64,000 nt of DNA. Origin: Azolla caroliniana (lineage: Eukaryota > Plantae > Polypodiophyta). Under the pieces are notes generated by a model. It was not told the DNA's origin, did not search any database, and was given only the letters and a program-made list of their open reading frames with translations. The stretch is from contig JBHGNT010000021.1 in assembly GCA_043228905.1 (NCBI GenBank), forward strand, positions 8,494,001-8,558,000, in the 5' to 3' direction. Positions 35,194-48,013 of the stretch are shown here, piece by piece. A program made the position numbers and the translations under genes. Position 1 is the first letter of the stretch; every line of letters begins with the position of its first letter.

Positions 35194-38000
35194 TCAAATG
35201 GGTTCCAACGCTTCCTGCGCTTGCCGTAACCCCCGGATTGCGTCTTTATCCGGTTCTGCTTCAGCCTCTTCTGGTTGCGGTAAGTATGGTGCTACTGCTT
35301 CGGCAATGTCAATTTCGAAGAGGGGTATGATCTTCGGGTTTTCCTGCAAGTACTGAGCTTCTTCTTTGTCAGTTAACCCTTCTAGCATGTTGACGCGCTC
35401 TGCATACAACGGTGTACATTCCTTGCCAGTGCTCGTCCTTGTCTGTGTTGGTACCCTTACCTTGGCTTTTCCTCGCCGGAAGGTAATTATATTTTTCCTC
35501 CAATTCTGTTTGATATGTGCCGTTTTCAACCACGGCCGCCCCAGCAATAGCGGGTATGCACCTTGTGCCTATAATTGTAGCACTACTGCCGAGATGTGAA
35601 ATGTATGACCGCCCACGGTGACTTCTAATTTCCGTATTAATCCTGTCGGCCGCACTGAGCTTGTATCGGTCATCCGCAACCAGAACGGACACGGCTCCCA
35701 CTCGTGGATTCCTAGGGCATCACATGTTCGGAGGCTTATTACATTCACCCCAAAGCCTCCGTTTATAACTGTGCCGGGGAGTTCTTTCCCTTTTACAATG
35801 GCAGTGATTACCGGACTGTTGGTGTCCACCACCGTTGGTCCCTCCTCCGGATTCAAGAAGAGTACCGGTGCTGGTGATGATTCTCCTGCCGTCATGGCCG
35901 TCTTCAGTCCTTCCGTGAATCTTGGCACGAGTTTCAGCAGTCTTCCTAGTGGCAACGTAGTCTGGCATTCTTGCAACGCCTGCCATGTCTCGTTCTCGGA
36001 GTGACTGCCGCTGGCAAGCCCTACGGTGTTCTCCTTTTGCCATTGTAAGTCTGTGACATTCTGCTCGTTTGCTTTCTTCACCCATTCCGTCGCTTGTTTC
36101 CGGATGGTCTCCTGCGTCTCCCATTCCTTGGCCATGCCCTTCGACCTTGTGGTCACCTGCTGCAGATCTGCCACCTCAGGGACTACCATATTTACCGCCG
36201 GTCGTTTTTCATAGCTCTTCACCAGGCATTGATTACTATAATGGCCTTCTTGTCAGCAGTAGTAGCAGTAGGCTTTCCGGGTATTGCTGGATTCGGCATT
36301 GTCTGTTGTACCCGAGGCAGGTCCTGTGGTACACGCGGGGTTTTGGGCCGGTTGGCTGCTTGAAGCTCCTTGTTCCGGATCTTGTGGGTAGCCGCCTTTT
36401 TTGAAATGCCGTTTTTTTTATAGCTCTTCTTATTGCGGTACTCTTGACGGGGTTGCCCGTTATATTTGCCCTATTCCTCCCATTGCTAACGATACCCGGG
36501 GGAGTGCTCTCGGTCGTAATGTTCGTATCGTCTATTGTAATCCCGGTACTGATCATGCCGGTCATAGTTATCCCGCCGATCACCGTACCGGACATCATTC
36601 TCCCGTCGATCGCCATACCGGACATCCTGTGCCGGTCGGTCGCGGTCCATTCGCCACCAGCGTTCCTCTTCTTCATCCTGGCTGCTGCGTGGGTCAATTT
36701 GTCGGACGGGCGGTGCTTGATGGTTCAATAGATTATACTTGCACCTATCCGTCGTATGGCCCTTGGATTGATAGATTACACATTGCGTCCTCATAGTGCA
36801 TTCTAGAGCCGAGTGTCCGGAATTTAAGCAGGTTGTGCACTGTATTGCTTGCCGAAACTGGAGGTCTTCATCGGACGGTAACGCCCGTTGGAGTGCTCCC
36901 AGTGTGAGCTAGGAGCTTGTCTTTTCTATCTCTCTCACCAGGTCAATGACCTGGTCGATGGTACTTGTGTGGAAGTCAATTACCGTGCAAACCGTGCGTA
37001 GGGGTTCCCGGAGCGCGTTTAGGAATATAGTCCGTAATTCCTCCTCCGGGGGTGCGCAGGCAAGCTGACTATGCATCCGTTGAAACCGGATGACAAACTG
37101 GGGAATGCTCTCCCCTGCTTCCTGCCGGATGGTATAAAATAAGCCTACCATTACGGTCTGGTCCACCTCCTTTTGGAAAAAATGCAAGAATTTAGGTCTT
37201 AAATCTGCAAAGGTGTTGATGGTAGACGGGTCCTGCGTCCGGCGCCATCTTGCTGCCGGTCCCTCCAATGTGACACCAAATTTCGCTATCTTAGAGCGTT
37301 CCTCTTCATCCGGGGTCAATCGCTGGGACACATGGTTGGCTTCCCATGTCTGTTCAAAGGCGTGCACATGAGCTTCCGCGTCTGGATCATCTCTATACAT
37401 GGAGTACTGGAACGGCATGTCATCGTCCGGTATCGGTGCGCGGGCTGGTAGTGTTGGTGCTCGTTCCAGGATTTTCTCCAGCGTCGGTGGTCTTTCCCGA
37501 TTTGTTTCCGGCGTTAGTGGTTTTTCCTCTTCTTTTGGTGACGGAGGCCTCTCCTCTTCGACTTCCGGTGTCAGAGGTCGCTCTTCCTCTGCTGGTTCCG
37601 GGGGTTCCAACGTTAGCACTTCCGGTTCCGGTGTCGGTAAGGTATCCGATCCTTCGTTCTCCGGTCCGCCCGGGGTTTCGTTGCTGTGACGGTAGTTCGT
37701 GTGCACGCTGTATTCCCCTTCGGAGTCCGATTCATACACTGGAAAGGCTTCTGCTTCGCCTTCTCCGTTTGCCAACACCTGGAGAAGGGATTCGGTTTCC
37801 CGGAGGCTGCTGCTGTCGTCCGGGTGCGATGTTTGTTGTAACCAGAGGGAGTCCTCCGCTACTCTCCGGATTACGTTGGAAAACGAGCGATCCGCTCTAA
37901 TTTCCTGGGCCGCTTGCTGGAAAGCCTCACGTCTCCTTTGCCTTTCGGCAAGGCGTCGAGTTCGATCTGTAACCAGGTCGTGCATTGATCTAGTCATCCA
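35194..38000 (-). pseudogene. Element E gag-protease, several stops
   Basis: Retrotrans_gag core (AEAHVHAFE..LEGPAARW..RQEAGESI), knuckles C..C...GH....C, protease VINGGFGVNVIS..LLGRPWL with the catalytic D read as N. Confidence 0.85.
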
Positions 38001-38033
38001 TTCGTGCCGTCGTTCGTTGCAAAAACAGGAATC

Positions 38034-38043
38034 GTGGTCGCCA
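38034..38043 (-). promoter_or_regulatory. Element E PBS, TGGCGACCAC (tRNA-Arg-like), 7 nt after the 5' LTR
   Basis: TTTTTGGCG context typical of Athila/Tat; 10-nt match to plant tRNA-Arg(UCG) 3' end as recalled. Confidence 0.6.
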
Positions 38044-38487
38044 AAAACTGTGTTAACTCTTAGGGCCGAACAATGGCCTAACACAGGGTGTCTACGGAAG
38101 ACACTTTACCAAAGGGTGTTACGGCAACAAGATTAGACTCAACGATTAATCCGACTTAATTAGGTTACTTAGCATGATCGTCTTTAATAATCACACGCGT
38201 AAGATATAACAATGAATGCAGAACGGCAATTAACACAGAGAGATAACAACACTAAGCTTTATTAATTAACCGCTATTCATTACATTGTATCCGGGCCTTT
38301 AAATAGGTTTCCGGTCTGTATTATAGAACAGTGCCATCCGCACCTGTTCGGGATCGGTTCGGATCCGGAACAGCATACCGATTCCGATCCGTCCGTCCAC
38401 ACTCGTAGCTTACTTACAACCATTTCTACTAATTAAATAACCCCCCGTTTCACACTCTGGACTCCTTTGCCGGCCGGTAACACTTTT

Positions 38488-41400
38488 GATTATCGAACAC
38501 TGGATCACCAGGATGAGGTGCAAGATAGGAACGCCGTGATAGTGCATTTGTCTTTCCTTGTTGCTTCCCTGGTCGATATGCGATTTTGAAATCAAAACGT
38601 GTGAGGAATTGAGCCCACCTAGCTTGCCGTCAATTTAGCACACGAGCGTTATGGAAATAAGAAAGATTCTTGTGATCACTGAAGACGATGACCTGATGTG
38701 GAGAGCCCTCCAAAAAATGCCACCATTGTACAAATGAATCCACGATGGCTAATAACTCCTTGTCATGTATTTCGTAGTTGATTTCCGCAACATCGAATTT
38801 ATGCAAATGGAAAGCCACAGGATGTAACTCTTCTTTATGTCCTTGTTGAGAAAGGATGCTACCGAGGGCGAAATCTAATGCGTCGGCCTACATGATGAAT
38901 GGTTCGCTTGTATCCACATGAGCTTGAATAGGTGCTGATGTAAAGGCTTTCTTAAGATGCCGAAAAGCCATGTCTGCTTCATTGGACCAAAGAAATGCTT
39001 GTCCCTTCCTTGTAAGTTGTGTGAGAGGTAAAATAATCTTCGAGTAATCCTGTATAAACTTGCGGTAGAAATTAGCGAAACCTAGAAAACATTGTACATC
39101 TCGTACTGACCGTGGAATTTGCCACTCTAGCACAGTTTGGACTTTAGCTGGATCCATGGAGATGCCCTTTGAGGAGATAACGTAGCCTAGAAACTCCACT
39201 TGCTTGCAGTCAAAACTACATTTTTCTAGCTTGGCATAAAGACCATTCTCATGGAGTCGATTTAGTACTAATAGTACATGAGAATCGTGTTGTTCCTGGG
39301 TGTTCAAATAAATCAATAGATCATCCAGATAGATGATCAAACAGATATCCAAGAGGTCTCTGAATATATCATTTGGCATGTGTTGGAAGACTACGGGTGC
39401 ATTGGTTAGACCGAACGGCATAACAGTATATTCGAAATGCCCATACCATGTGCGGAAGGCGGTCTTCCATTCATCTCCCGTCGGATCCGAACGAGGTTAT
39501 ACGCTCCTCATAGATTGATTTTTGTAAAAAACTTGGCACCATTAACTCGCTCTAAAAGACTTGATATAAGAGGAAGTGCATACCTATTCCAGATGGTGAC
39601 CTTAGTTAAGCCGCGGTAATCAACGACGAGACAAACTGAGCCATCTTTCTTCTTGACAAAGAAGATGGGTGCTCTGATTGGAGATTTCGAATGACGAATA
39701 AACCTGCTTGCCAAGTTCTCCTCTATGTAGGCTCGAAGGACTTCTAACTCGGTGGGTGACAAGTTGTAGATTGGTCCCCATGGTGGCTCTGCTCCTGGTT
39801 GTAAATCGATGGGACAATCGTAGGGACGATTATGAGGAAGAGTACCGTCTTTTACCTTGTCAAATACGTCGGCGTAAGGATGATATTTCGCCGGAAGTTG
39901 CACTAAGGATTCCTCCTTAATATTGCTGGAAGGATGTACTGATATGGCAAATAGGAACATTGCCTCCTTGTGTCCTTCTTCACGTAGTTGACGTAGTGAA
40001 ATGGTCGAAACTCGGTGAGTAGATTCTTGGGGTTGTCGATATCAAACTTCTCTTGTTCGCTAATCTTTGTTTGGATTATGTAGTTCAAACCAAGGTAATC
40101 CCAGGACAATGAGATGCTTTGGACTACTAATAATATTAAATGATACTACACACACAAAACTACCTAGGACAACTTGAATGGGTTCTGACTCTTCTACAAT
40201 ATTCCCGGAAGCAATGGGACGACTATCAATGACTACTACAGATGTGGGGCAAGGAAGTTTTCTTAAGGATATCTGAGAAGCTTGGGCCAAAATTTCGATC
40301 CATGAAACAAGAATTGGCTCCGGAATCTAAATGTGCTAGGACTTGTACTAAGGGAGTACTTTTAGTAGTAACCATGACTTGGGCTAGGAACATATTTCTA
40401 ACTTGCTTGGAGGGAATGGAACCACTAATGGGTTGTACAGATCTAGGGCCGTCCAACCAAACGGCTCCTATTTTGGCTGGACTCAATCGTTTAACTCTTC
40501 ATCTAATTGACTAAGGATTTCAAATTTGTTTGAGATACTTGGGCTATTAGTACTATTAATACTATCGAACACTCTATTAGTACTATTGATACTATTAGAC
40601 ACTCCTAAGGGAAGAATTGACTCTGTTTTAGTACAGGCTACGATTTTATTTACTTGTCTTCTTGGCCTATGGGGACAATTGATTGCGATATGCCCTGGTC
40701 CACCGCAATAAAGACATAATTGATTTGCATGACGTTGTTGCTTTTCTTATTCCGATAACGGGCCACGTCGACGCATGGTCTCAATCTCCATCGGTGTCGG
40801 AGTATTTGCTTGAGGTACGTCACGTGTGAACGCTTTAGCCGTGATTGAGGCGTATGTGGGCTCTGGCCTAGAGCGTGGTATTTGTAATTGACATTTGGAA
40901 CGCCGTTCGAAAAGGTGGTTGTCACATCGGACTGCTCGATTGATTGCCTCCGTAAGAGATTTTGGTTCTTCGGGGAAGGTTAAAAGTAAATCTTTTACAT
41001 CGTTTCATAGGCCGTAGCAAAACTGCTCCATTAGTACCTGATCATCCTAGGGGATATTGGAGGCGAGTAGACGGAAATCCGCCGCGTAGGCAGAGGCTGG
41101 ATGATTGCCTTGACGCAATTGTTGGATCTTGTTGATCGCTGTCCTAATGCTGTTAGTGACTCCAAAGCAGGCTTTAAACTCACTAATAAAATCTTCAAAG
41201 TTATTAAGCAAGGGCGATTATTTTTCTAGAAGCGGAGCGAAGCATGCTAAGGCTGAGCCGCTAAGCAACGTGCCTATTAGGCCGACTCAGGATGCATCAG
41301 TGGGGTATCGGGAAGGATGCATTTGGATGACTAATCGTATCTGATTAAGGAGTCCCCTGAATTGCGATCGCGTTCCATCAAATTTCACAGGAAGTCCAAT

Positions 41401-41640
41401 CTTCGGCTCTTTATGAAATCCTTGGGGACTTGATCCTTGTTGTTGCAATGCTGCTTCGAGTCGTTGTACCTGTAACGCTAACTCCCCATGTTGTTGCTGC
41501 GTTTGTTGTTTTTCTAGAGCGATTTGTTGTAGATCCCCTATCAGCCATTGGTTTTCTTGTTCCAAGGCAACAAATTTTTCTTTTAGGCATTGTAGCTCGG
41601 AGAAAACGGATTGATATTCTTGGGTGCTAATAGTAGCCAT
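38488..41640 (-). pseudogene. Tcn1 gag-PR-RT-RNase H, frameshifted
   Basis: EPKIGLPVKFDG (gag), LDSGANSCFMD (PR), MPFGLTNAP and YLDDLLI (RT), NYEIHDKELLAIV and SDHKNL (RH). Confidence 0.9.
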
Positions 41641-41693
41641 AGTAGGGAAAAGGGTAGGAAGATGAGGGAGAATGACAAGTAGGCTTGAGGAGA

Positions 41694-41705
41694 AAATTGG
41701 TTCAA
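41694..41705 (-). promoter_or_regulatory. Self-priming PBS (TTGAACCAATTT) complementary to the predicted RNA 5' end in the LTR (41902-41913)
   Basis: No TGG tRNA PBS; exact 12-nt complement lies about 33 nt downstream of TATAAAA on the minus strand. Confidence 0.75.
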
Positions 41706-42313
41706 ACTGTCAGGAATAGTACTAAAGAAGAGATGTACTATTAGTACTAAGAGGACGGGACTGCGTAAGATTCTCAAGAGAGAGAGAGAGAGAGAAGAGG
41801 AGAGAGAGATAGCGAGGATGAGAGAGAGAGAGAGATGATGATAACAACTAATATATTATGTGAAGGATAAGTACAAATGGCTAAGAGGCTTAAGATTGGT
41901 GTTGAACCAATTTGGTTCAACATAATGCCTAGTGCCTTCTTTTATAGTGTTCTCAGGAGTAATCCTAAAGCTTCTAGAATGTTCCAGAGAAATCTGGAAT
42001 ATACATTAATTTCCTATAATAAAACTTAAATGAAAATAATATGCTACGTATTACAATAGATGGTATAATGGTCAAGAGATCGAGTCATATAACATAAGGT
42101 CATGGGTTCGAGTCTTGCCATATCATGACACTATGTTCCATGTACAATTGTTTTGATTTTGTGTTGGATGAGATTTTGTCCTCTATCCAAGAAGAGGCTT
42201 GTACATGCAAACAAGATTGAGTTGGCTATGATTATTTGCTGGTTGTTGATGGTATTTTGATGAGTTTTCTTCTCTGATTAATTGGGAGTCTTGTATACGC
42301 ATATTCTTTCAAC

Positions 42314-43530
42314 ATGAAGAGTGAAGACCAGGACAATGACGAAAAGGACACCTATAAAGAAGACATTGGTGAAAGAGAAAGTGAAGAAACCAGTAAAGGA
42401 AAGAAAAAGGACACCTATCAAAAAAAGCAAGAAGATACCCACAAGAGAAAGGGTGATGAATTCATCAACTCAGAGGAAGAAGATGTGTCACTCCATCATT
42501 CGAGGCACACCCCTCGCATAACGTTATTTCCTTCTAGCACGACCTGAAGTTTATGAAGAGCTGAGAGAGTGGTTGATAAAAACCTGGGGTTCACCACATC
42601 CCGATACAAGGTGAGGATTCCACATAAGTGGGTTGAAGAAGGAATATGTGAACTTATTGAAGACGAGATATGAACACGTTTATGATACTAATCAAATTTG
42701 TAACAATGAGGTGGGTACTATTTTTGCACGTGCATTTGCATGTGAAGTTTAGGGTGGCATCGACGTTGATTGGGAAGATTTTAATCGTCACCAATCAGAA
42801 CATTATAAAGGGCCCTTCAGTACCAACACTAGCTTGAAGTCGGATGGAACCTCTCATGTGGATATTCCGGCTAGGACACCTGTCCACCAAGTTCAATATG
42901 CAAAAGTAAGGTTCACAATGACTGAAAAGCATGAACAGATGATGGTTGGTTGCATAGCTTCCATGAACTAAAAAATACAAGCACTACTTGTTGATTTTGA
43001 AGCAATTAAATCAGCTGAGATACAAGTAGAAAATTAATTCTCTTCAATAAAGACTAAGTATGAATGGATTGTATCGACAATCCAAAATTCAGAAAGTGAG
43101 GTGTTGAAAGAGGAGTTGAAGAAAGAGTTGAACAATATGGGCACTCAATTAGGATCACAGATGAGAGACCTTGATTCTTGCAAAAATGCACATTGCGAAC
43201 TTGATAATAAGTTGTCAGCTTTAAAGCTGCATTCCGAGAACCTTGTGTGCTTGATGCAAGATTTAAAACAGAAAGGTTTTGAAACTTTGTGTCCATTTGT
43301 AATTGAGCACCCACGTGGTATGGAAAGTACCATTACAAGTATAACTATATCATGGTATTGGCTTTATAAGTTATTTATTTTTACTTCTGTGGAATAAAAT
43401 ATCATATTAGCTAATATATTATTACTACACCATGCTTGAGGCTATGGATGTTGTGATTACACCATGCTTGCACACATATCATGTGCTATGTGCTAAGTAC
43501 CATTTTGAGAAAGAAAATACATGTATGGAC
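42314..43530 (+). pseudogene. Degenerate, probably spliced gene remnant: acidic/basic tract, coiled coil and RING-like finger
   Basis: PCLHTYHVLC...NTC resembles the second half of a RING domain, cut by the LTR at 43535; stops upstream. Confidence 0.35.
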
Positions 43531-43998
43531 TTGTTGTTAGGTCGACAATTACTACTTTGCCGACATAGTATAAGACGAACGTTTGTACCGAACGTTCTAT
43601 CAAGAAGTTGTGGTTAGAAGAATAGATATTAATTATTTGTAAACTTATCGGTGATAACAGACACCGAGATCGTGACTTATGTAATATAGTTTAGACAAAA
43701 AGAAATAGATGGCAAAAAAGTAATTCGTACACAGAGATTTCCTAACCAAACTTTATATTACTAATTACAACGATAGATCTTTACAATGCCTTTGGTTTCC
43801 TTTTATAGGTAACCCGAAGGTCTTTTCTCATCAAGAAATCCTATTGCCTATAATTATCAAGAATTACAAAACTTCGTAACTAACTATGTCCTATTTGGCT
43901 ATCTGTTGAGTCATCGATCTGAACTGTCGATCTGACTCTGACTCTGACTCCGAACATCCTTCCGACTCCGACGTATCTATACTTGTTCGGGTAACACT

Positions 43999-44013
43999 TG
44001 GCACGCCCGTGGG
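43999..44013 (+). promoter_or_regulatory. Inverted PBS-like site TGGCACGCCCGTGGG at the PPT position of element F
   Basis: 2 nt from the 3' LTR, same geometry as element E. Confidence 0.7.
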
Positions 44014-46643
44014 CTAGGACGTTGTCCGGCGAACCCACAGAACCCTTTTACTCCTGCTGCTCGGAGGAAAAATCCTCCTCCATCTCCAAATCATCGTTTG
44101 CGTCATCCTGCAAAATGTCGAATAAGGAGGGTTCTGCTTCCTGTGTTGCCACGCTTACGTCGTCTTCATCTTCATCTTCGGTGTCCTCTCCGTCGTTTAC
44201 CTGGCAGGCTTCTTCAGTTGATGGTCTTAGCTATGTTGAATCCGGTGCGCCGAGTCCAGGGTTTTGGTTACTCTTTCGGCTTCGATATTGTCTAACTCGA
44301 CCGATGTCTCGACATCATGCTTGTCGAATTCCTGCATGATTCGGTTAATTTCTTCTTTAAAATAAGCCGCCATGTCGTATAGGTCCTTAGCAATATCTTC
44401 CTGAATTGTTGCCATTGCTTCCTCCAACATCTTGAGGAAGCCTTTGCCTTGCACTTTCCTATTTTCTCTAAAGCTCTACGGCTTGCATCGACCATGTTTG
44501 CCAACCCTTCTCCAATGATTCATTGACCAATTTTAGGGTGTTAATTCGGTGACGTCTAATGATCGCTTGAACCCTATCCTGAGTCATGCTAGCCTCAAAC
44601 TGTGTTGTTGCTAGTGTTTTCCGTAAATAAATGATTACCGCATTGGTATGTCCTTCTGCCTGCATCAGTTTAGCTTGTGCCACTAAGAGGTCAAGTCGCC
44701 TTTTCTCGGAGGCCGTTTGAATCTCTGCACATCGGTTTTCCAGCTTCGCTTTCTCTTCATTCCAGTCGTTTTGCTGCTGGATCATTTTTTCATTGATTTC
44801 GTCTATCAGTTTGTCTTTACCAGCCAACTGTGTTGTAAAACAAATCTCTTGGCTCTTGACATACTCTCAGTTCCTCGACTTGTTGCCTTGTAGCCTCTTG
44901 CTGTTGGGCTAACTATCGACGTAATTCTTGTATTACATTATCTTTTTCCCCTAAAGATCTGTCAGCCGCCGTTTTTGCCAACTGTAATCGAGCCTCCATC
45001 TCTCTGGACCTGTCCTCGGTCTTTTCTGCCCTAATTTCTGCCTCTCTTCGTGCTTTTTCAGCTTGGTCCAACCTCTTTTGAAATTCCAAATCCGTCTCCA
45101 AAGGTTGTCTTTGTGACTCTGGCTATAATATCTGTTCTCTCACTTTTTCTAGAGCCACTTGTTCTTCTTGCAGTTTATTCTTCAACTGCTAATTCTCTGC
45201 CTGCATCCGTTTATACTGTGCATTAAGCACATCTGCAACTGCTGTAGCCTGTTTGTATAATTCGGCCATATCCCTGGCCGCTTTGCTAGCTTTTTCATAT
45301 TCTCGGTGGACTTCCACCAATGCCTCATGTAATGGTGGTATCTGAATGGCTTCACCTCTGTTTTTAGCATTTCGATGTCGACCAAGTCTATCCACTTCCG
45401 CTTGCTCGTTTGGTTCGATAGCTCCACATAATGACTTCTGGATCATTATTTGAACTCTGTGCTCTTGTGCCATTCTTTCCGACACTTCTTGAAGTCTTTT
45501 AGCTAACCATTCTACCAGTTCATATGATGTTTCGAACTACAGAATGGCAGCTAGCTCATGTGCTATTGCTGGGATGTCGGAAAAACCAAGTGCGTCTTGC
45601 ACCGTTGCCATTGATGCCTGCCCTTTTTGAACTCGTGACGTGTCATCTGGATTGACACGAGGTACTTGTGTGCTTTGGGCGGCTTGATCGTTAGTTCTCT
45701 TTTTCTTCTACGCAGGTTGCTCTTGCTTTGGTCTATAGTATCTTTGGGACCATTGTTTCACCCTGCGTTGCTTCGGCGGTTGCTGGTCAATGTCGACTCG
45801 TCTTGACTCCTACTTCTGTGACGATTGCTGGTCAATGTCGACTTGTCTCGATTCCTGCTGCTCTAACGGTTGCTCGTCTATCGTCCCTTGTTGTTGCATC
45901 CTCTGTGATTGGAAATTAGACGGTTGAGTCGGCGATTGCTAGGCAAGTTTGGGTTGCGGTATCGACTGTTGAGACTGCGTCGACTGTTGTTGTTCCGATT
46001 CTTGTTGGTGCCTTGGGTCCGGTTTGACAAATTCGGTCTGAGTGGTATCGTCCTGCGTTGATTCTTCTTCCCTCCACTCTTCCTGTTGGACTTGTTGTCG
46101 GGTTCAGGATGATTGTACCTTAGGCGGCCGACACACCTCTGATCGATTTTCTGGCTCTGAAGTCGGAAATAATACCGATAACCAACGAGCAAAAATCGGC
46201 TTCATTGGTTTTCCTTTTTGAACTCCGTTTAGTTGCTCTCTCAGAGGATCTGCCGACAGTAGCCCCCAATCGAAAGCCTCACCTTCATAAGCGGCGATAA
46301 TAAATCTGGCCCTCTTTTTGGGCATACAATAGAATCTGGGACTAACAAACCCTACTTCCAATAAAAATTTTGCAACTTCATGAAAAAACACATCCCTACC
46401 TCCTTGTGTCTGATACGCTTTGGTAGAGGGCGAATATTCACCGAAATAGAACCAAAAAACATCCTTTGTGACCTTGTTGACAACGTCAAACCCACCTCTT
46501 GGCATCTCCAACACGGCTCTTACCTTCTTATTCGTGATTGTCGAGACATCGATTTCTGCCAACAGAGCTTTCGCGTTCGGGTGCAGCTCTGATTCTGCGA
46601 CTTAAAAAAATCCCTGTAACTTATTGCAAACGAGCCAATGACG

Positions 46644-47387
46644 TGACAAAAAATACACGCTCACTAAGCACAACGCTCGGCCACAACCGAGGCTAGCATC
46701 AAGACACACGACACAGTAAAGAGAAGAGTACACAGGATGTTAACGTGGAAAACCCAAACTAGGGAAAAACCACGGCAACCCACAGACTGCAAACTATCAC
46801 TATATCACAATGTACAATAGTAAAGCACCGAGGCAACGACCTCGAGCTTGCTATCTTCGCCACAAGCGGCGGTTACAACAAAGGCAGCGACCTCTTCCTA
46901 TCTCTGTCTCTCTCTCTGTACACAGTTACGCATTCAAATCTTGCACCAACAAGAATGACAACTACGATTCCACTAAGTTTGCCCTAAGTCATATTTATAC
47001 TAATATGAGTTTTCAGCTATTTACAAATATAGCCCCGATGGACTCTCAGAAAACATATTTACGAATATGTCCCTTCATCTGGTTAGCACTTCTCACCGGG
47101 CCTTCACCATCCGGCTCTTGCCGGGTACTCGTCATCTGGTTCTCACCGGGTCTTCCGTTGCCGGGTACTCCACATTCGGTTCTCACTGGGTCTTCCGTTG
47201 CCGGGTACTCCACATCTGGTTCACACCGGGTCTTCCGTTGCCGGGTACTCCACATCCGGTTCTCACCGGGTTTTCCGTTGCCGGGTACTCCACATCCGGT
47301 TTCGGCCTCGGCCTATCGTCTTGGGCCGAGTTTCCTCATAGACATTGTTCTTCTCACTTCCCATCTGGAGGGACCTGTTTCCTAACA
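46644..47387 (-). mobile_element. Solo LTR of the same Copia family as 10868-28126, with ~40-bp internal tandem repeats
   Basis: Reverse complement of the LTR (TGTTAGGAAACAG...TCA); flanks TGACG/CGACG (TSD with one transition); splits the start of F ORF3. Confidence 0.88.
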
Positions 47388-48013
47388 CGACGCAAGTTGT
47401 TAGATACGACAATCAGCATGTTGTCGTCGTCGATTGACAGAACATCACTTAGTGGTGGCTATGAGAAACGTTGTGGGCTATGGCGACTAAAATCAGAAAA
47501 CCTGTAAGCTCGAATGCGTTTTTGCTTTTGTGGTGAAACAATCATTACAGAAATAGGTTTTAAGAGATTAATTTTTTGCACGATGCCTAGGGAATAAAAG
47601 TACTATTAATTTTGTAATGACTATGCGTACAAGTGGAGTGATGGCTAGAAATAGTAATAATGACTAATAGAAATATGCCTCCACTACTTGTACTTATAGT
47701 CTTTTGAAATTACTCCAAGAATCTCTTCGTGATAGTTAGTTATGATTTGGCAAGAAAATATTCTATAGTTAGTTTATTTTTTATTTTTTATTTTACTTTT
47801 CTTCTGATTCAGCCTTGAATGGGTTTTTCGGCATGGGTCCATGATATGGTTTAAGCTGGAAACCATTTACCCATTTCGGTAAAATCTCACTTGATAGGGC
47901 TCCCAATTGATATGTACCAGTTTTATTGTTCACAATCCAAACTGGTCCCGTCCATCTATACCGAAGTTTTCCTGGCATCGCCCCCATCTTGGTCTGGAAA
48001 ATTAGTATTCATT

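Larger units (their letters stand above)
31477..38482 (-). mobile_element. Non-autonomous Gypsy (Athila/Tat-like) element E: LTR-gag-PR-ORF3-LTR, no RT/RH/IN
   Basis: 432-bp LTRs at 31477-31908 and 38051-38482 (TGTTA..TAACA); TSD CTTTT at 31472-31476 and 38483-38487; minus-strand TATTTAA and AATAAA in the LTR. Confidence 0.93.
29484..42130 (-). mobile_element. Full-length but decayed Tcn1-like chromovirus with a nested element
   Basis: LTRs 29484-29931 and 41708-42130; TSD CTATG at 29479-29483 and 42131-42135; PPT 29932-29944; self-priming PBS; chromodomain. Confidence 0.93.
43535..48013 (-). mobile_element. 5'-truncated element F (relative of E): integrase C-terminus, decayed ORF3 and 3' LTR (43535-43996)
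   Basis: PGKLRYRWTGP..GTYQL..VNGFQLKPY (Athila/Tat-type IN end, 47793-47987); ORF3 fragments ~44050-47430; LTR TGTTA..TAACA with minus-strand TATAAAA. Confidence 0.82.
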
